A stretch of DNA of 64,000 nt from an uncultured Candidatus Pelagibacter sp. (lineage in GTDB: Bacteria; Pseudomonadota; Alphaproteobacteria; Pelagibacterales; Pelagibacteraceae): NCBI GenBank assembly GCA_905616395.1, contig CAJQSQ010000012.1:14188-78187 (forward strand), given 5' to 3'. Each line of letters begins with the position of its first letter. Within the stretch, counting starts at the first letter, position 1. The position numbers and the translations under genes are program-made. Of the stretch, positions 1-8,135 are shown piece by piece. Under the pieces are notes generated by a model that was not told the origin of the DNA, did no database searches, and was given only the letters and a program-made list of their open reading frames with translations.

Positions 1-30
1 TTCTAAGGGTCGTGTGAATAAAATATGCAT
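1..30 (-). CDS. hemD: Uroporphyrinogen-III synthase, N-terminal fragment (runs off window)
   Basis: Reverse complement of 1-30 reads ATGCATATTTTATTCACACGACCCTTAGAA = MHILFTRPLE, the typical HemD (IL.TRP) start, immediately after the hemC stop. Confidence 0.65.
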   Translation of the reverse strand, partial: MHILFTRPLE

Positions 31-31
31 A

Positions 32-955
32 TTATTTTTTGTAAGAATTATTAGACATCTTTTTAAGTGTTTTTCCCATCTCTATTCCTAATTCTTCCGC
101 TTTGTTTATGCTTTTGGATGACTTTAAATGAAATCTTTTACTGCCATCTAGTGAAAAAAGCTCTACTTCAAGATTAATTTTATCACCCCCAATTTTTGCA
201 AATGCCCCCACTGCTGTTTCACAGTCACCTTCTAAAACTTTTAAAACACTTCTTTCAGCTTTTATAGTGATGTGTGTTGATTGATGATCAACTTGTTTTA
301 ATAAATTAATTAAATCTTCATCATTATTTCTACATTGCAAAGCAATAACCCCTTGTCCAGCGCATGGTATAATTTCTGAAGTAGAAAAAACTTGAGAGAT
401 ATTTTGATTTAGTCCCAAAGAATCAATTCCGGCATATGATAAGATAATTGCATCATATAAATTTTCGTTAAGTTTTCTTATTCTTGTACCAACGTTTCCT
501 CTAATTAATTTATAATTAAGATCATCTCTTATTTTTTTAATCTGAAATTCTCTTCTAAATGAGGATGTTCCAATAATTGAATTTGGGCTTAGATCTTTTA
601 AATATTTATTGTCTTTGCTAATTAAAATTTCTCTTGGATCATTTCTTCCTAAAAAACAATCTGTTAACAATCCTTTGGTTTCTTCAGAAGGCATGTCTTT
701 TAATGCATGCACAGCTATATCTATTTTATTATCTAACAATTCAACCTCTATAGTTTTTGAGAAAAGTCCCTTACCACCTACATCCGACAATCTTTTGTCT
801 TGAACTTGATCACCTTTAGTTACAATTTCTTTAATAATTACTTCTTCAATTCCAAAACCTTTTGAATGGTTAAGAATTTTTTCTCTAGCTTTTTCAGCAT
901 AAATTAGCGCTAATTTACTTCCTCTAGCGCCTATAATAATTTTTCTATTTTTCAT
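32..955 (-). CDS. hemC: Porphobilinogen deaminase (hydroxymethylbilane synthase)
   Basis: IGARGSKLA, GGKGLF, DIAVHALKDMP, GTSSFRR, IRGNV motifs. Confidence 0.97.
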   Translation of the reverse strand: MKNRKIIIGARGSKLALIYAEKAREKILNHSKGFGIEEVIIKEIVTKGDQVQDKRLSDVGGKGLFSKTIEVELLDNKIDIAVHALKDMPSEETKGLLTDCFLGRNDPREILISKDNKYLKDLSPNSIIGTSSFRREFQIKKIRDDLNYKLIRGNVGTRIRKLNENLYDAIILSYAGIDSLGLNQNISQVFSTSEIIPCAGQGVIALQCRNNDEDLINLLKQVDHQSTHITIKAERSVLKVLEGDCETAVGAFAKIGGDKINLEVELFSLDGSKRFHLKSSKSINKAEELGIEMGKTLKKMSNNSYKK

Positions 956-1014
956 TTAATTGCTTTATACTTCATACTTATATTTAGAATGTATTATTAA
1001 TAAAAACTAATTTA

Positions 1015-2088
1015 ATGAATAAAAAACCTATAATTTTAGGAATTGAATCAAGCTGTGATGAAACGGCTGCCTCTATCATAACTGAAAATAAGCAAGGTAT
1101 GCCAACAATTTTATCAAGTATTGTTTCAAGTCAGGTAGATGTTCATAAAGAATTCGGCGGCGTTGTGCCTGAACTTGCTGCAAGATCTCATATGGAAAAA
1201 ATAGATTTAATCACTAAAAAAGCACTTGATGAAAGCGGAGTAAAAATGGAGGACCTGGATGCTATAGCAGCAACTGCTGGACCAGGTCTTATAGTTTGCT
1301 TGTCTGTCGGTTTAAGTTTTAGTAAAGCAATGGCCTCTTCACTTAATAAACCTTTTATTGCAGTCAACCATCTTGAAGGGCATGCTTTAAGCCCAAAACT
1401 AAATTCTGAATTAAATTATCCTTATCTGTTACTTTTAATTTCTGGAGGTCATACTCAATTTTTAAGCGTTCAAGGTTTAGGAAGTTATAAACGATTAGGA
1501 ACCACTATTGATGATGCTGTGGGTGAGGCATTTGACAAAACAGCAAAACTATTAGGAATAGAGTTCCCTGGTGGCCCGCAGATTGAGGTATACGCAAAAA
1601 AAGGTGATCCAAATAAATATTTATTACCCAAGCCAATTTTTTATAAAGGTGGCTGCAATTTATCATTTGCGGGTTTAAAAACTGCTGTTTTAAAGATCTC
1701 TAAACAAATTAAAACCGATCAAGAAAAATATGATCTTGCAGCATCTTTTCAAAAAACAATCGAAGAAATACTATATAAGAAAAGTAAGATCGCTTTTGAA
1801 GAATTTAAAAATATAAATATAAAAAATAAAAATAAATTTGTGGTTGCGGGTGGCGTCGCTGCAAACAAAAGAATTAGAGAAGTCCTGACTAACCTTTGTG
1901 AGGAAGAGGACTTCGAAGCAATCTTTCCTCCCATTAATTTATGTGGTGATAATGCTGCAATGATTGCAATGGTTGGATTAGAAAAATTTAAACTTAAACA
2001 ATTTAGTGAGCTGGATCATCCAGCAAAACCTAGATGGCCTTTAGATGAGAATGCTATTTTTTTAAAAGGTGCTGGAGTAAAATTGTAA
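1015..2088 (+). CDS. tsaD: tRNA N6-adenosine threonylcarbamoyltransferase
   Basis: LGIESSCDET, GGVVPELAARSH, HLEGH, LLISGGHT, DDAVGEAFDK, CGDNAAMIA motifs. Confidence 0.97.
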   Translation: MNKKPIILGIESSCDETAASIITENKQGMPTILSSIVSSQVDVHKEFGGVVPELAARSHMEKIDLITKKALDESGVKMEDLDAIAATAGPGLIVCLSVGLSFSKAMASSLNKPFIAVNHLEGHALSPKLNSELNYPYLLLLISGGHTQFLSVQGLGSYKRLGTTIDDAVGEAFDKTAKLLGIEFPGGPQIEVYAKKGDPNKYLLPKPIFYKGGCNLSFAGLKTAVLKISKQIKTDQEKYDLAASFQKTIEEILYKKSKIAFEEFKNINIKNKNKFVVAGGVAANKRIREVLTNLCEEEDFEAIFPPINLCGDNAAMIAMVGLEKFKLKQFSELDHPAKPRWPLDENAIFLKGAGVKL

Positions 2089-2108
2089 TGCAATACTGGT
2101 TAATGAAA
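2088..2108 (+). repeat. Left copy of 21-bp direct repeat (attL-like), orphaned 5' end of EVE gene
   Basis: ATGCAATACTGGTTAATGAAA matches ATGCAGTACTGGTTAATGAAA at 8115-8135 at 20/21 positions; overlaps the tsaD stop as TAATG. Confidence 0.9.
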
Positions 2109-2450
2109 CCAACACACCTTGTAGCTGCTGCCTTAACTGAAATCATGTCTCGTTCGCCTTTATCTGTCATTTCATAAGTGCCTGAGGATTTTTTACAGCC
2201 TCAAACTATTTTGTTGAAGCAGAGCCTAAGCCTTTGATTTCATTAAAAATTTCTTGGCCAATTTTAGGTTTTAACTTAATTACGTTTCTGGTCTTTTTAT
2301 CTATCTTAGTTATAAAAAAACCATATTTAAACTTACCCTCATAAATATTACCCTGAGCATCTATATATTTTCCCTTACCATAAATTTTATTTTCTTTTAC
2401 TTGGACCGATGATTATGGGCATACAAAATCAATAATAAAAACTATCAATT
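2109..2450 (-). pseudogene. Degraded small protein with a MORN-like repeat
   Basis: Manual translation gives VKENKIYGKGKYIDAQGNIYEGKFKYGFFITKIDKKTRNVIKLKPKIGQEIFNEIKGLGSASTK* (TAG at 2206-2208), then FEAVK, then after a frameshift KSSGTYEMTDKGERDMISVKAAA; another in-frame TAA upstream and no intact start; boundaries approximate. Confidence 0.55.
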
Positions 2451-2624
2451 GGGCTTCAAAACAATTTTATAACTACATGTCTTTCTAAATGATGCTAATA
2501 AAATTTAATAAACCAAATTAATTAATAATAACTAACTCTATAAATGTGTTGAGCATATTTTATAAAATTGTGCAGTACATTGAGCTATATGATTTAGCAA
2601 AATCTTTCTAAACATCCCTTTCAT

Positions 2625-3758
2625 TTAAAAAAATTTGAACTTGTAATCCTTAAAATATTTCTGTGTATCTTTTAACCAAATATCTTTTTTTTTGAGAATA
2701 TTGTAGAATTTTATATCACTACCACCATATCCAAATATTTTAGTTTTTTTTCTTTTTGTATTCTTAACATTACTGATTGCGGAAATTATTTTATTTAAAT
2801 CGTAATCAACATTCGTTATTGAATAACCTTTGGATCTATTATGTTGGCGACTCCCAATGTTAATTGTAGGAACTCCAAAATATGGTGCTTCCCTTATCCC
2901 TGCACTAGAATTTCCAATTATAAATTCTGAGTTTTTTAGAGTGGTTAAAAAATATTCAAATCTCATTGATGGTATTAAATAAAACTGTTTATTTTTTTTT
3001 AACCTTTGATATTCAGCAAAAATTTTATCAGTTCCGAAATCATTATTTGGGTAAATAACAATAAAATTTTTTTTGCTTTGTATCAAGGCATCAACAAGTA
3101 TTGACGTTTGTTTGGCCAAATCCTTAACTTCTGTAGTTACCGGGTGAAATAAAAGTATGGCATAATTATCAAATCCTATTTTATAATGACGACGAGTTTT
3201 CTTTATATTTGGTAGTAGTTTAGATTTCATAACATCTATATCTGGAGATCCTATTTCATAAATTGTTTCTTTTGGCTCTCCTAAATGCATTACTCTGCGA
3301 TACGAAGACTTATTTGATACAAAATGTAAATTAACTAACTTAGTCACTGAATGTCGTATAACCTCATCAACAGTTCCTGAGACCTCACCACCCTCTATGT
3401 GTCCTACTTTTATATTGTTTAAAGATCCCACTATTGCTCCTGCTAGTGCCTCAACTCGATCCCCATGTACTATGATCATGTCTTGATTATTTTCCTTAAT
3501 ATAGTCAGAAAACCCTATTATAGTTTTAGCTAAAACTATATCCATATGATCTAAATAATTTTGATTGATAAATTTATAGATATTTTTTATTCCTGATCTA
3601 TCAACCTCAATATGAGTTGATCCATATTTCTCTAACATGTGCATACCTGTTACAAAAATAGTAACTTGAAATTCTGGATCTTTTTGAGTTCGAAGTATTA
3701 AAGACTTAATTTTTCCAAAATCTGCTCGCGTACCGGTTAAAAAGATAATCTTACGCAA
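2625..3758 (-). CDS. neuC: UDP-N-acetylglucosamine 2-epimerase (hydrolysing)
   Basis: TGTRADFGK, HGDRVEALA, HIEGGEVSGTVDEVIRH, GNSSAGIREAP; adjacent to neuB. Confidence 0.93.
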   Translation of the reverse strand: MRKIIFLTGTRADFGKIKSLILRTQKDPEFQVTIFVTGMHMLEKYGSTHIEVDRSGIKNIYKFINQNYLDHMDIVLAKTIIGFSDYIKENNQDMIIVHGDRVEALAGAIVGSLNNIKVGHIEGGEVSGTVDEVIRHSVTKLVNLHFVSNKSSYRRVMHLGEPKETIYEIGSPDIDVMKSKLLPNIKKTRRHYKIGFDNYAILLFHPVTTEVKDLAKQTSILVDALIQSKKNFIVIYPNNDFGTDKIFAEYQRLKKNKQFYLIPSMRFEYFLTTLKNSEFIIGNSSAGIREAPYFGVPTINIGSRQHNRSKGYSITNVDYDLNKIISAISNVKNTKRKKTKIFGYGGSDIKFYNILKKKDIWLKDTQKYFKDYKFKFF

Positions 3759-4812
3759 TATCTTTACCTTTTTCTCCTAAGGACGCACGAGTAACTCTAG
3801 CATCTTTTAATATAAATTTTTGTGCAACCTTACCAATTAATGAATCATAATCTGCAGCAGAATAATCTCCTCCACTAGGCCTACGCACCCACAAATTTTC
3901 TTCAGTCAAAATCTCTCCTTTAGAAATATTTTTAGTAGCAACAACTGATGCAAACGCAAATGCTTTTGTTTGAGCCTCTTCACTAACAGTGTTTTTATAG
4001 CCACCTCGCTCTAAAAAAATAGTATTACTACCATTTATCAATTCTTTTAATGAAATTGGATCCATTGAACAGGCAATATCTGGGCCTGGACGACTCATAT
4101 CATCAGTAAAATGTCTTTCAAGAATTGATGCACCTAAAGCAACGGCACCTAAACATGCATAATTATTTATTGTATGATCTGAAAGACCAATTATGGCATC
4201 AGGAAAAGCTTGACTCAATTCAGTTAATGCACCCAACCTAACTAATTCAGGTGGAGTTGGATAAATATTTGTACAATGTAGAAGGGCAAATGGTACACCT
4301 GCTTTTCTCATTATTTCAACAGATGGCCTAATACTTTCCACAGTATTCATTCCTGTACTTAATATTATTGGTTTACCTGCTTTGGCCACATATTTAACCA
4401 ATGGGTAGTTATTGCATTCCCCTGATCCTATTTTATAAGCAGGAACATCAAATTTGACTAAACGATTTACTGCTTCTCTTGAAAAGGGTGTACTTATAAA
4501 TATCGCATTTCGATCAATAATATGTTTCATAAGTTTTTTTTCATCAACTTCATTAAGTGCACATCTTTTCATGACTTCATAAATTGAAACTGTTGTATTG
4601 CCTGGTATTACTGCTTTTGCTTCTTCTGACATTTCGTCTTCAATTATGTGAGTTTGATGTTTAATTATCTCAGCACCAGCATTAATAGCTGAATCTGCCA
4701 TTTCAATAGCTAAATCAAGATTTCCTTCATGATTAATGCCAATTTCAGCAATAATCAATGGTGGGTGTTTATAACCAATCTTTCTTCCAGAAATTGAAAA
4801 TTCTAAGTCCAT
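3751..4812 (-). CDS. neuB: N-acetylneuraminate synthase family protein with C-terminal SAF/AFP-like domain
   Basis: IAEIGINHEG, KHQTH, FISTPFS, KIGSGECNNYPL, LLHCTNIYPT, GLSDHT, LERHFTD. Confidence 0.95.
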   Translation of the reverse strand: MDLEFSISGRKIGYKHPPLIIAEIGINHEGNLDLAIEMADSAINAGAEIIKHQTHIIEDEMSEEAKAVIPGNTTVSIYEVMKRCALNEVDEKKLMKHIIDRNAIFISTPFSREAVNRLVKFDVPAYKIGSGECNNYPLVKYVAKAGKPIILSTGMNTVESIRPSVEIMRKAGVPFALLHCTNIYPTPPELVRLGALTELSQAFPDAIIGLSDHTINNYACLGAVALGASILERHFTDDMSRPGPDIACSMDPISLKELINGSNTIFLERGGYKNTVSEEAQTKAFAFASVVATKNISKGEILTEENLWVRRPSGGDYSAADYDSLIGKVAQKFILKDARVTRASLGEKGKDIA

Positions 4813-4850
4813 TTAATTTTATTATCTAAAAACTTTATCCCACATCTTAT

Positions 4851-6086
4851 CTAGGGTTTCAGTTTATTTTTATAATACTTTAAGGTTTTATTTAAAGCTT
4901 TTTCTTGTTTATTCATTTCTGCCAAATTTCTTTGATTGGTGGTAAATTGCATCATTATTTTTTGAATATTTTCAGCATTCTCTGCATCGCCCCAACCATA
5001 TGAACTAGAAATTTTCATTGAACCAGAATAAAGACCTTTTTCCTTTGCATCTTTAAATGCTGGTTCATTATTTACAGTTTGCCAAGCAGCATAGATACCA
5101 TCACCACCAAAATATATAAATTTTTTTCTAAACTCTTGCCATTTTACCCCATATTTTTTCCCATTAAATATGCACGGAAAAGTATAGTAACTATGCGTAA
5201 ATTGATTTGGGATAAGTTGATTTATCAAAATATCAAAATTATTTTTTGAAATAACTTTTCTAAATTTCTTACCCATTACAATTCTTTTTGATAAAAAAAA
5301 ATTCAACCGCTCTATCTGGGCAAGCCCTATCGCAGCAGCAACCTCTGGTAATCTATAATTATAAGCTAAAACAGCATGTCTTTTCCAATTTGGATCTTGA
5401 AATTTATTTCTATCAATTCTTACCTTACCACTCTTGGCAGTTACATTTTTAAAACCAGCACAAGCAAATTCTCTCATTTTCTTTGCAAGTTTTGCATTAT
5501 TAGTTGAAACAATTCCTCCATCACCAGTTGTGATATGTTTGGAATTTTCAAAACTCCAACTACCCACATCCCCAACTGTTCCTGCTATTCTTTTTTTTTC
5601 ATCACTGGCAAAAAAACATTGGGCACAATCTTCTAATATAAATAATTTATTTTTTTTTGCTATTCTCTTTATTGCTGACATGTCACACATTAATCCATAA
5701 AGATGAACAACCATAATTGCTTTGGTCTTTTTAGTTATTTTTTTTTCAATATCATGCGGGTCAATTAGAAAAGTATCTTTTTTAACATCTGCATAAACTG
5801 GAACTGCTCCGCATTGCCAAACTGCATATCCACACATTGCAACTGTTAAGGCAGGAATAATAACCTCATCCCCATGCCCTACACCAAAAGCATTCAAAGC
5901 CATATGCAGCGTAGAAGTTCCAGAGTTTGCTGTAACGGCATAGTTTTGTTTGTGAATTTTTGCAAATTTCACCTCTAGTCTTTCATTCATTGTTCCTGAA
6001 GAATCTGCTCTGAAATCTGAAGATAAAATATTTTTTATATAACTCAATTCTTTACCTTTAAACTTCCATCCCTTATAAAGTGACAT
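4851..6086 (-). CDS. DegT/DnrJ/EryC1/StrS family PLP-dependent sugar aminotransferase
   Basis: NSGTSTLHMAL, VHLYG, ILEDCAQ, SFENSKHITTGDGG (PLP Lys), YNYRL. Confidence 0.92.
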   Translation of the reverse strand: MSLYKGWKFKGKELSYIKNILSSDFRADSSGTMNERLEVKFAKIHKQNYAVTANSGTSTLHMALNAFGVGHGDEVIIPALTVAMCGYAVWQCGAVPVYADVKKDTFLIDPHDIEKKITKKTKAIMVVHLYGLMCDMSAIKRIAKKNKLFILEDCAQCFFASDEKKRIAGTVGDVGSWSFENSKHITTGDGGIVSTNNAKLAKKMREFACAGFKNVTAKSGKVRIDRNKFQDPNWKRHAVLAYNYRLPEVAAAIGLAQIERLNFFLSKRIVMGKKFRKVISKNNFDILINQLIPNQFTHSYYTFPCIFNGKKYGVKWQEFRKKFIYFGGDGIYAAWQTVNNEPAFKDAKEKGLYSGSMKISSSYGWGDAENAENIQKIMMQFTTNQRNLAEMNKQEKALNKTLKYYKNKLKP

Positions 6087-6813
6087 ATTTTTTTCCTTGG
6101 TTTAATTTATAGTCTTTTTCTCTAAAATGATTAATTTTTGTAATTTTTTTATTTTTTTCTAAATAATTTATCACTTTAGCTGTTTTTATTGTGAAGGGAA
6201 ATTTAGAAAATATATTTTGAAAAAAAATGAGATCTTCTTTATAATCAAGTGTAAATCTCATATTATTGTTTTTTTTTAGTCTCAAAGAATAAGATTTATA
6301 ATTATTTTTTAAATAAGGAGCAATCATTTCAATATTATTATTTTTGGAATTATTAAAAGCTCGCTTAATTACAAAAGCTTTAAAAATATATGTAAATAAT
6401 CCCGTGATAGAGTTTTTATTAGATTTTATATAATCACAATTTTTATTAATGATTTTATTAATTGCATTTTTATAAGTCACATAATCAAACAGCAAATCAT
6501 CTGCGTCTACCATTACAGCAACCTTTACTTTAAATTTGTTAATACAATCATTCCATCTTTTTAGAACATTATTTTTTGAACCTCTAAAATATAAAATTTT
6601 ATTTTCCTTAGCTATATTACATAAAGGAAGGTCTGATGCCTCAGTTGTTGTAGCAAGTATGATCGGGTAACCAATTTTTTTTGCTCTATCTATTATTATT
6701 TCTATGATAAGTTTTTTATTTATTAATTTTAAACACTTTTTAGGAAGTCTTGTTGAGCTTGTCCTGACTGTTATTATAGTAAAAATATTTTTATTAATTT
6801 TTTTTTTTAACAT
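6073..6813 (-). CDS. Cytidylyltransferase (SpsF/CMP-nonulosonate synthetase-like)
   Basis: TVRTSSTRLPKK, ILATT, FRGS..NVL.R, VDADD, RFTLDY.EDL; ORF track starts at 6870 but ATG at 6813 (MLKKKINK) is the more likely start. Confidence 0.8.
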   Translation of the reverse strand: MLKKKINKNIFTIITVRTSSTRLPKKCLKLINKKLIIEIIIDRAKKIGYPIILATTTEASDLPLCNIAKENKILYFRGSKNNVLKRWNDCINKFKVKVAVMVDADDLLFDYVTYKNAINKIINKNCDYIKSNKNSITGLFTYIFKAFVIKRAFNNSKNNNIEMIAPYLKNNYKSYSLRLKKNNNMRFTLDYKEDLIFFQNIFSKFPFTIKTAKVINYLEKNKKITKINHFREKDYKLNQGKKYVTL

Positions 6814-6847
6814 AAAATTAATTACTATAATAAAGTAAAAATAATAA

Positions 6848-7528
6848 CTACCAAGATAACCATCCACCATCTACATAAACTTCTTGGGCATTAGTATAAG
6901 TATTTTTTTCATCTAATAAAAAATTAATTACAGGATCTATTTCATCTAAGTTCATCATTCTACCTTTTGGATTATTTTTATTATAATTTTTTCTAAAAAA
7001 AGAATTTAATCCTTTTTGATCAACCCCACCAAGCACAATACTATTAAACAAATATTTTTTCCCAAACTGTGTTCCAAAGTATTTCATCATCATGTTTGAT
7101 GCAGATTTCGATACACAATAACCAAGTTCTTTTGAAAAGTTTTTATAAATAAAATGTTTTGGTGTTTTGATGCTATATAAAGAAGTGAAGTTAATTATTC
7201 TACCTTCTTTTTGAAATTTTATATAGCTTTTAATAACATTTAAATTCAAAAAGAAATTTATATCAAAAAATTTTTTTATAGAGCTCTCGTCTAAATTTTT
7301 TGAATCTTTTTTTGAGTTTTTTGAAAGTGGTGTAGAATTATGACCATGGCAAAATATAACAGCATATATTTTATTATTATTGAATATCTCTTTTAAATAT
7401 TCATTATTTTTTAAATCATTGCCATTACTAATATCTGATTCAATAATAATAAAATTTTTTTTTAAATTTTTTTTTAAAGATGAGCCTATTCTTCCATTAG
7501 ATCCCGTTAAAAATATTTTTTTTTTCAT
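6848..7528 (-). CDS. SDR family oxidoreductase
   Basis: TGSNGRIG Rossmann motif, IINFTS, YCVSK (YxxxK), AQEVYVDGG. Confidence 0.88.
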   Translation of the reverse strand: MKKKIFLTGSNGRIGSSLKKNLKKNFIIIESDISNGNDLKNNEYLKEIFNNNKIYAVIFCHGHNSTPLSKNSKKDSKNLDESSIKKFFDINFFLNLNVIKSYIKFQKEGRIINFTSLYSIKTPKHFIYKNFSKELGYCVSKSASNMMMKYFGTQFGKKYLFNSIVLGGVDQKGLNSFFRKNYNKNNPKGRMMNLDEIDPVINFLLDEKNTYTNAQEVYVDGGWLSW

Positions 7529-7629
7529 TTAGGTTTATGTTTAATTTTTATTTTTTTATCAATCATTTATAGCAATTTTTTTATAAAAAAAATTAAATAT
7601 ACTTTTATTTCTAAATTTTTAGGGAATAT

Positions 7630-7929
7630 ATGGAAAAAAAACTAGGGTTTAATAATAGAGCTATCAGAAACTACAAAGCTACCTTCATAAGTGGTAAAGG
7701 TAATTCCAAAGATAGAGATTATGCACCATTTAACATATGCAAGACCACACAATATAAAGGCCTATATCTTTGTAAATATAAGAAGGGTAAGAAACACTTT
7801 GTCTCACAGTTTTATATCAAAAGTACTGGAAGGCTACGAAGGTTCACAGTAGGTAGATTTATTGACAATTTAAATGTCATCACTGGAGAAACTATCCAAA
7901 CTTCGCTTTCCAAAATCACAACCACATGA
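7630..7929 (+). pseudogene. Truncated tyrosine integrase (arm-type DNA-binding N-terminal region only)
   Basis: KGLYLCKYKKGKKHFVSQFYIKSTGRLRRFTVGRF resembles the integrase Arm-DNA-binding signature (GLYL...GxKxF..xY...GxxRRxTxGxF/Y); 99 aa with no catalytic core; lies about 185 bp from the right repeat. Confidence 0.6.
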
Positions 7930-8114
7930 AGAAGATGATTGCATTGAATAAGCATTGATAATGTTGAAAGTGTCATAGAAAAAATATAAGTTCTCTTATG
8001 TTATTAACTAATAAACACAACAAGAGTTGATCAGACATGTCACGTGTTTTATTAAAATAACGTAAAATAAAAGTGTTAAATAAAATTATGGTGACCTGTA
8101 AGGAAAACAATTAG

Positions 8115-8135
8115 ATGCAGTACTGGTTAATGAAA
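8115..8135 (+). repeat. Right copy of 21-bp direct repeat (attR-like), first 7 codons of intact EVE gene
   Basis: ATGCAGTACTGGTTAATGAAA; one synonymous mismatch (CAG vs CAA) to the copy at 2088-2108. Confidence 0.9.

Larger units (their letters stand above)
2088..8135. mobile_element. Decayed integrative genomic island carrying nonulosonic acid biosynthesis genes
   Basis: Bounded by the 21-bp direct repeat; contains an integrase N-terminal remnant, a pseudogene and a sugar operon oriented opposite to the flanking core genes. Confidence 0.8.

Noticed and set aside
6814-6870. N-terminal extension of the cytidylyltransferase (MVDGYLGSYY...) given by the ORF track
   Set aside because: It overlaps the SDR's last codons and is low-complexity; family similarity begins after the ATG at 6813.
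2475-8041. ACATGTC at both island ends (2475-2481 and 8035-8041) as integrase arm-binding sites
   Set aside because: Only 7 bp; too short to distinguish from chance without homologous elements.
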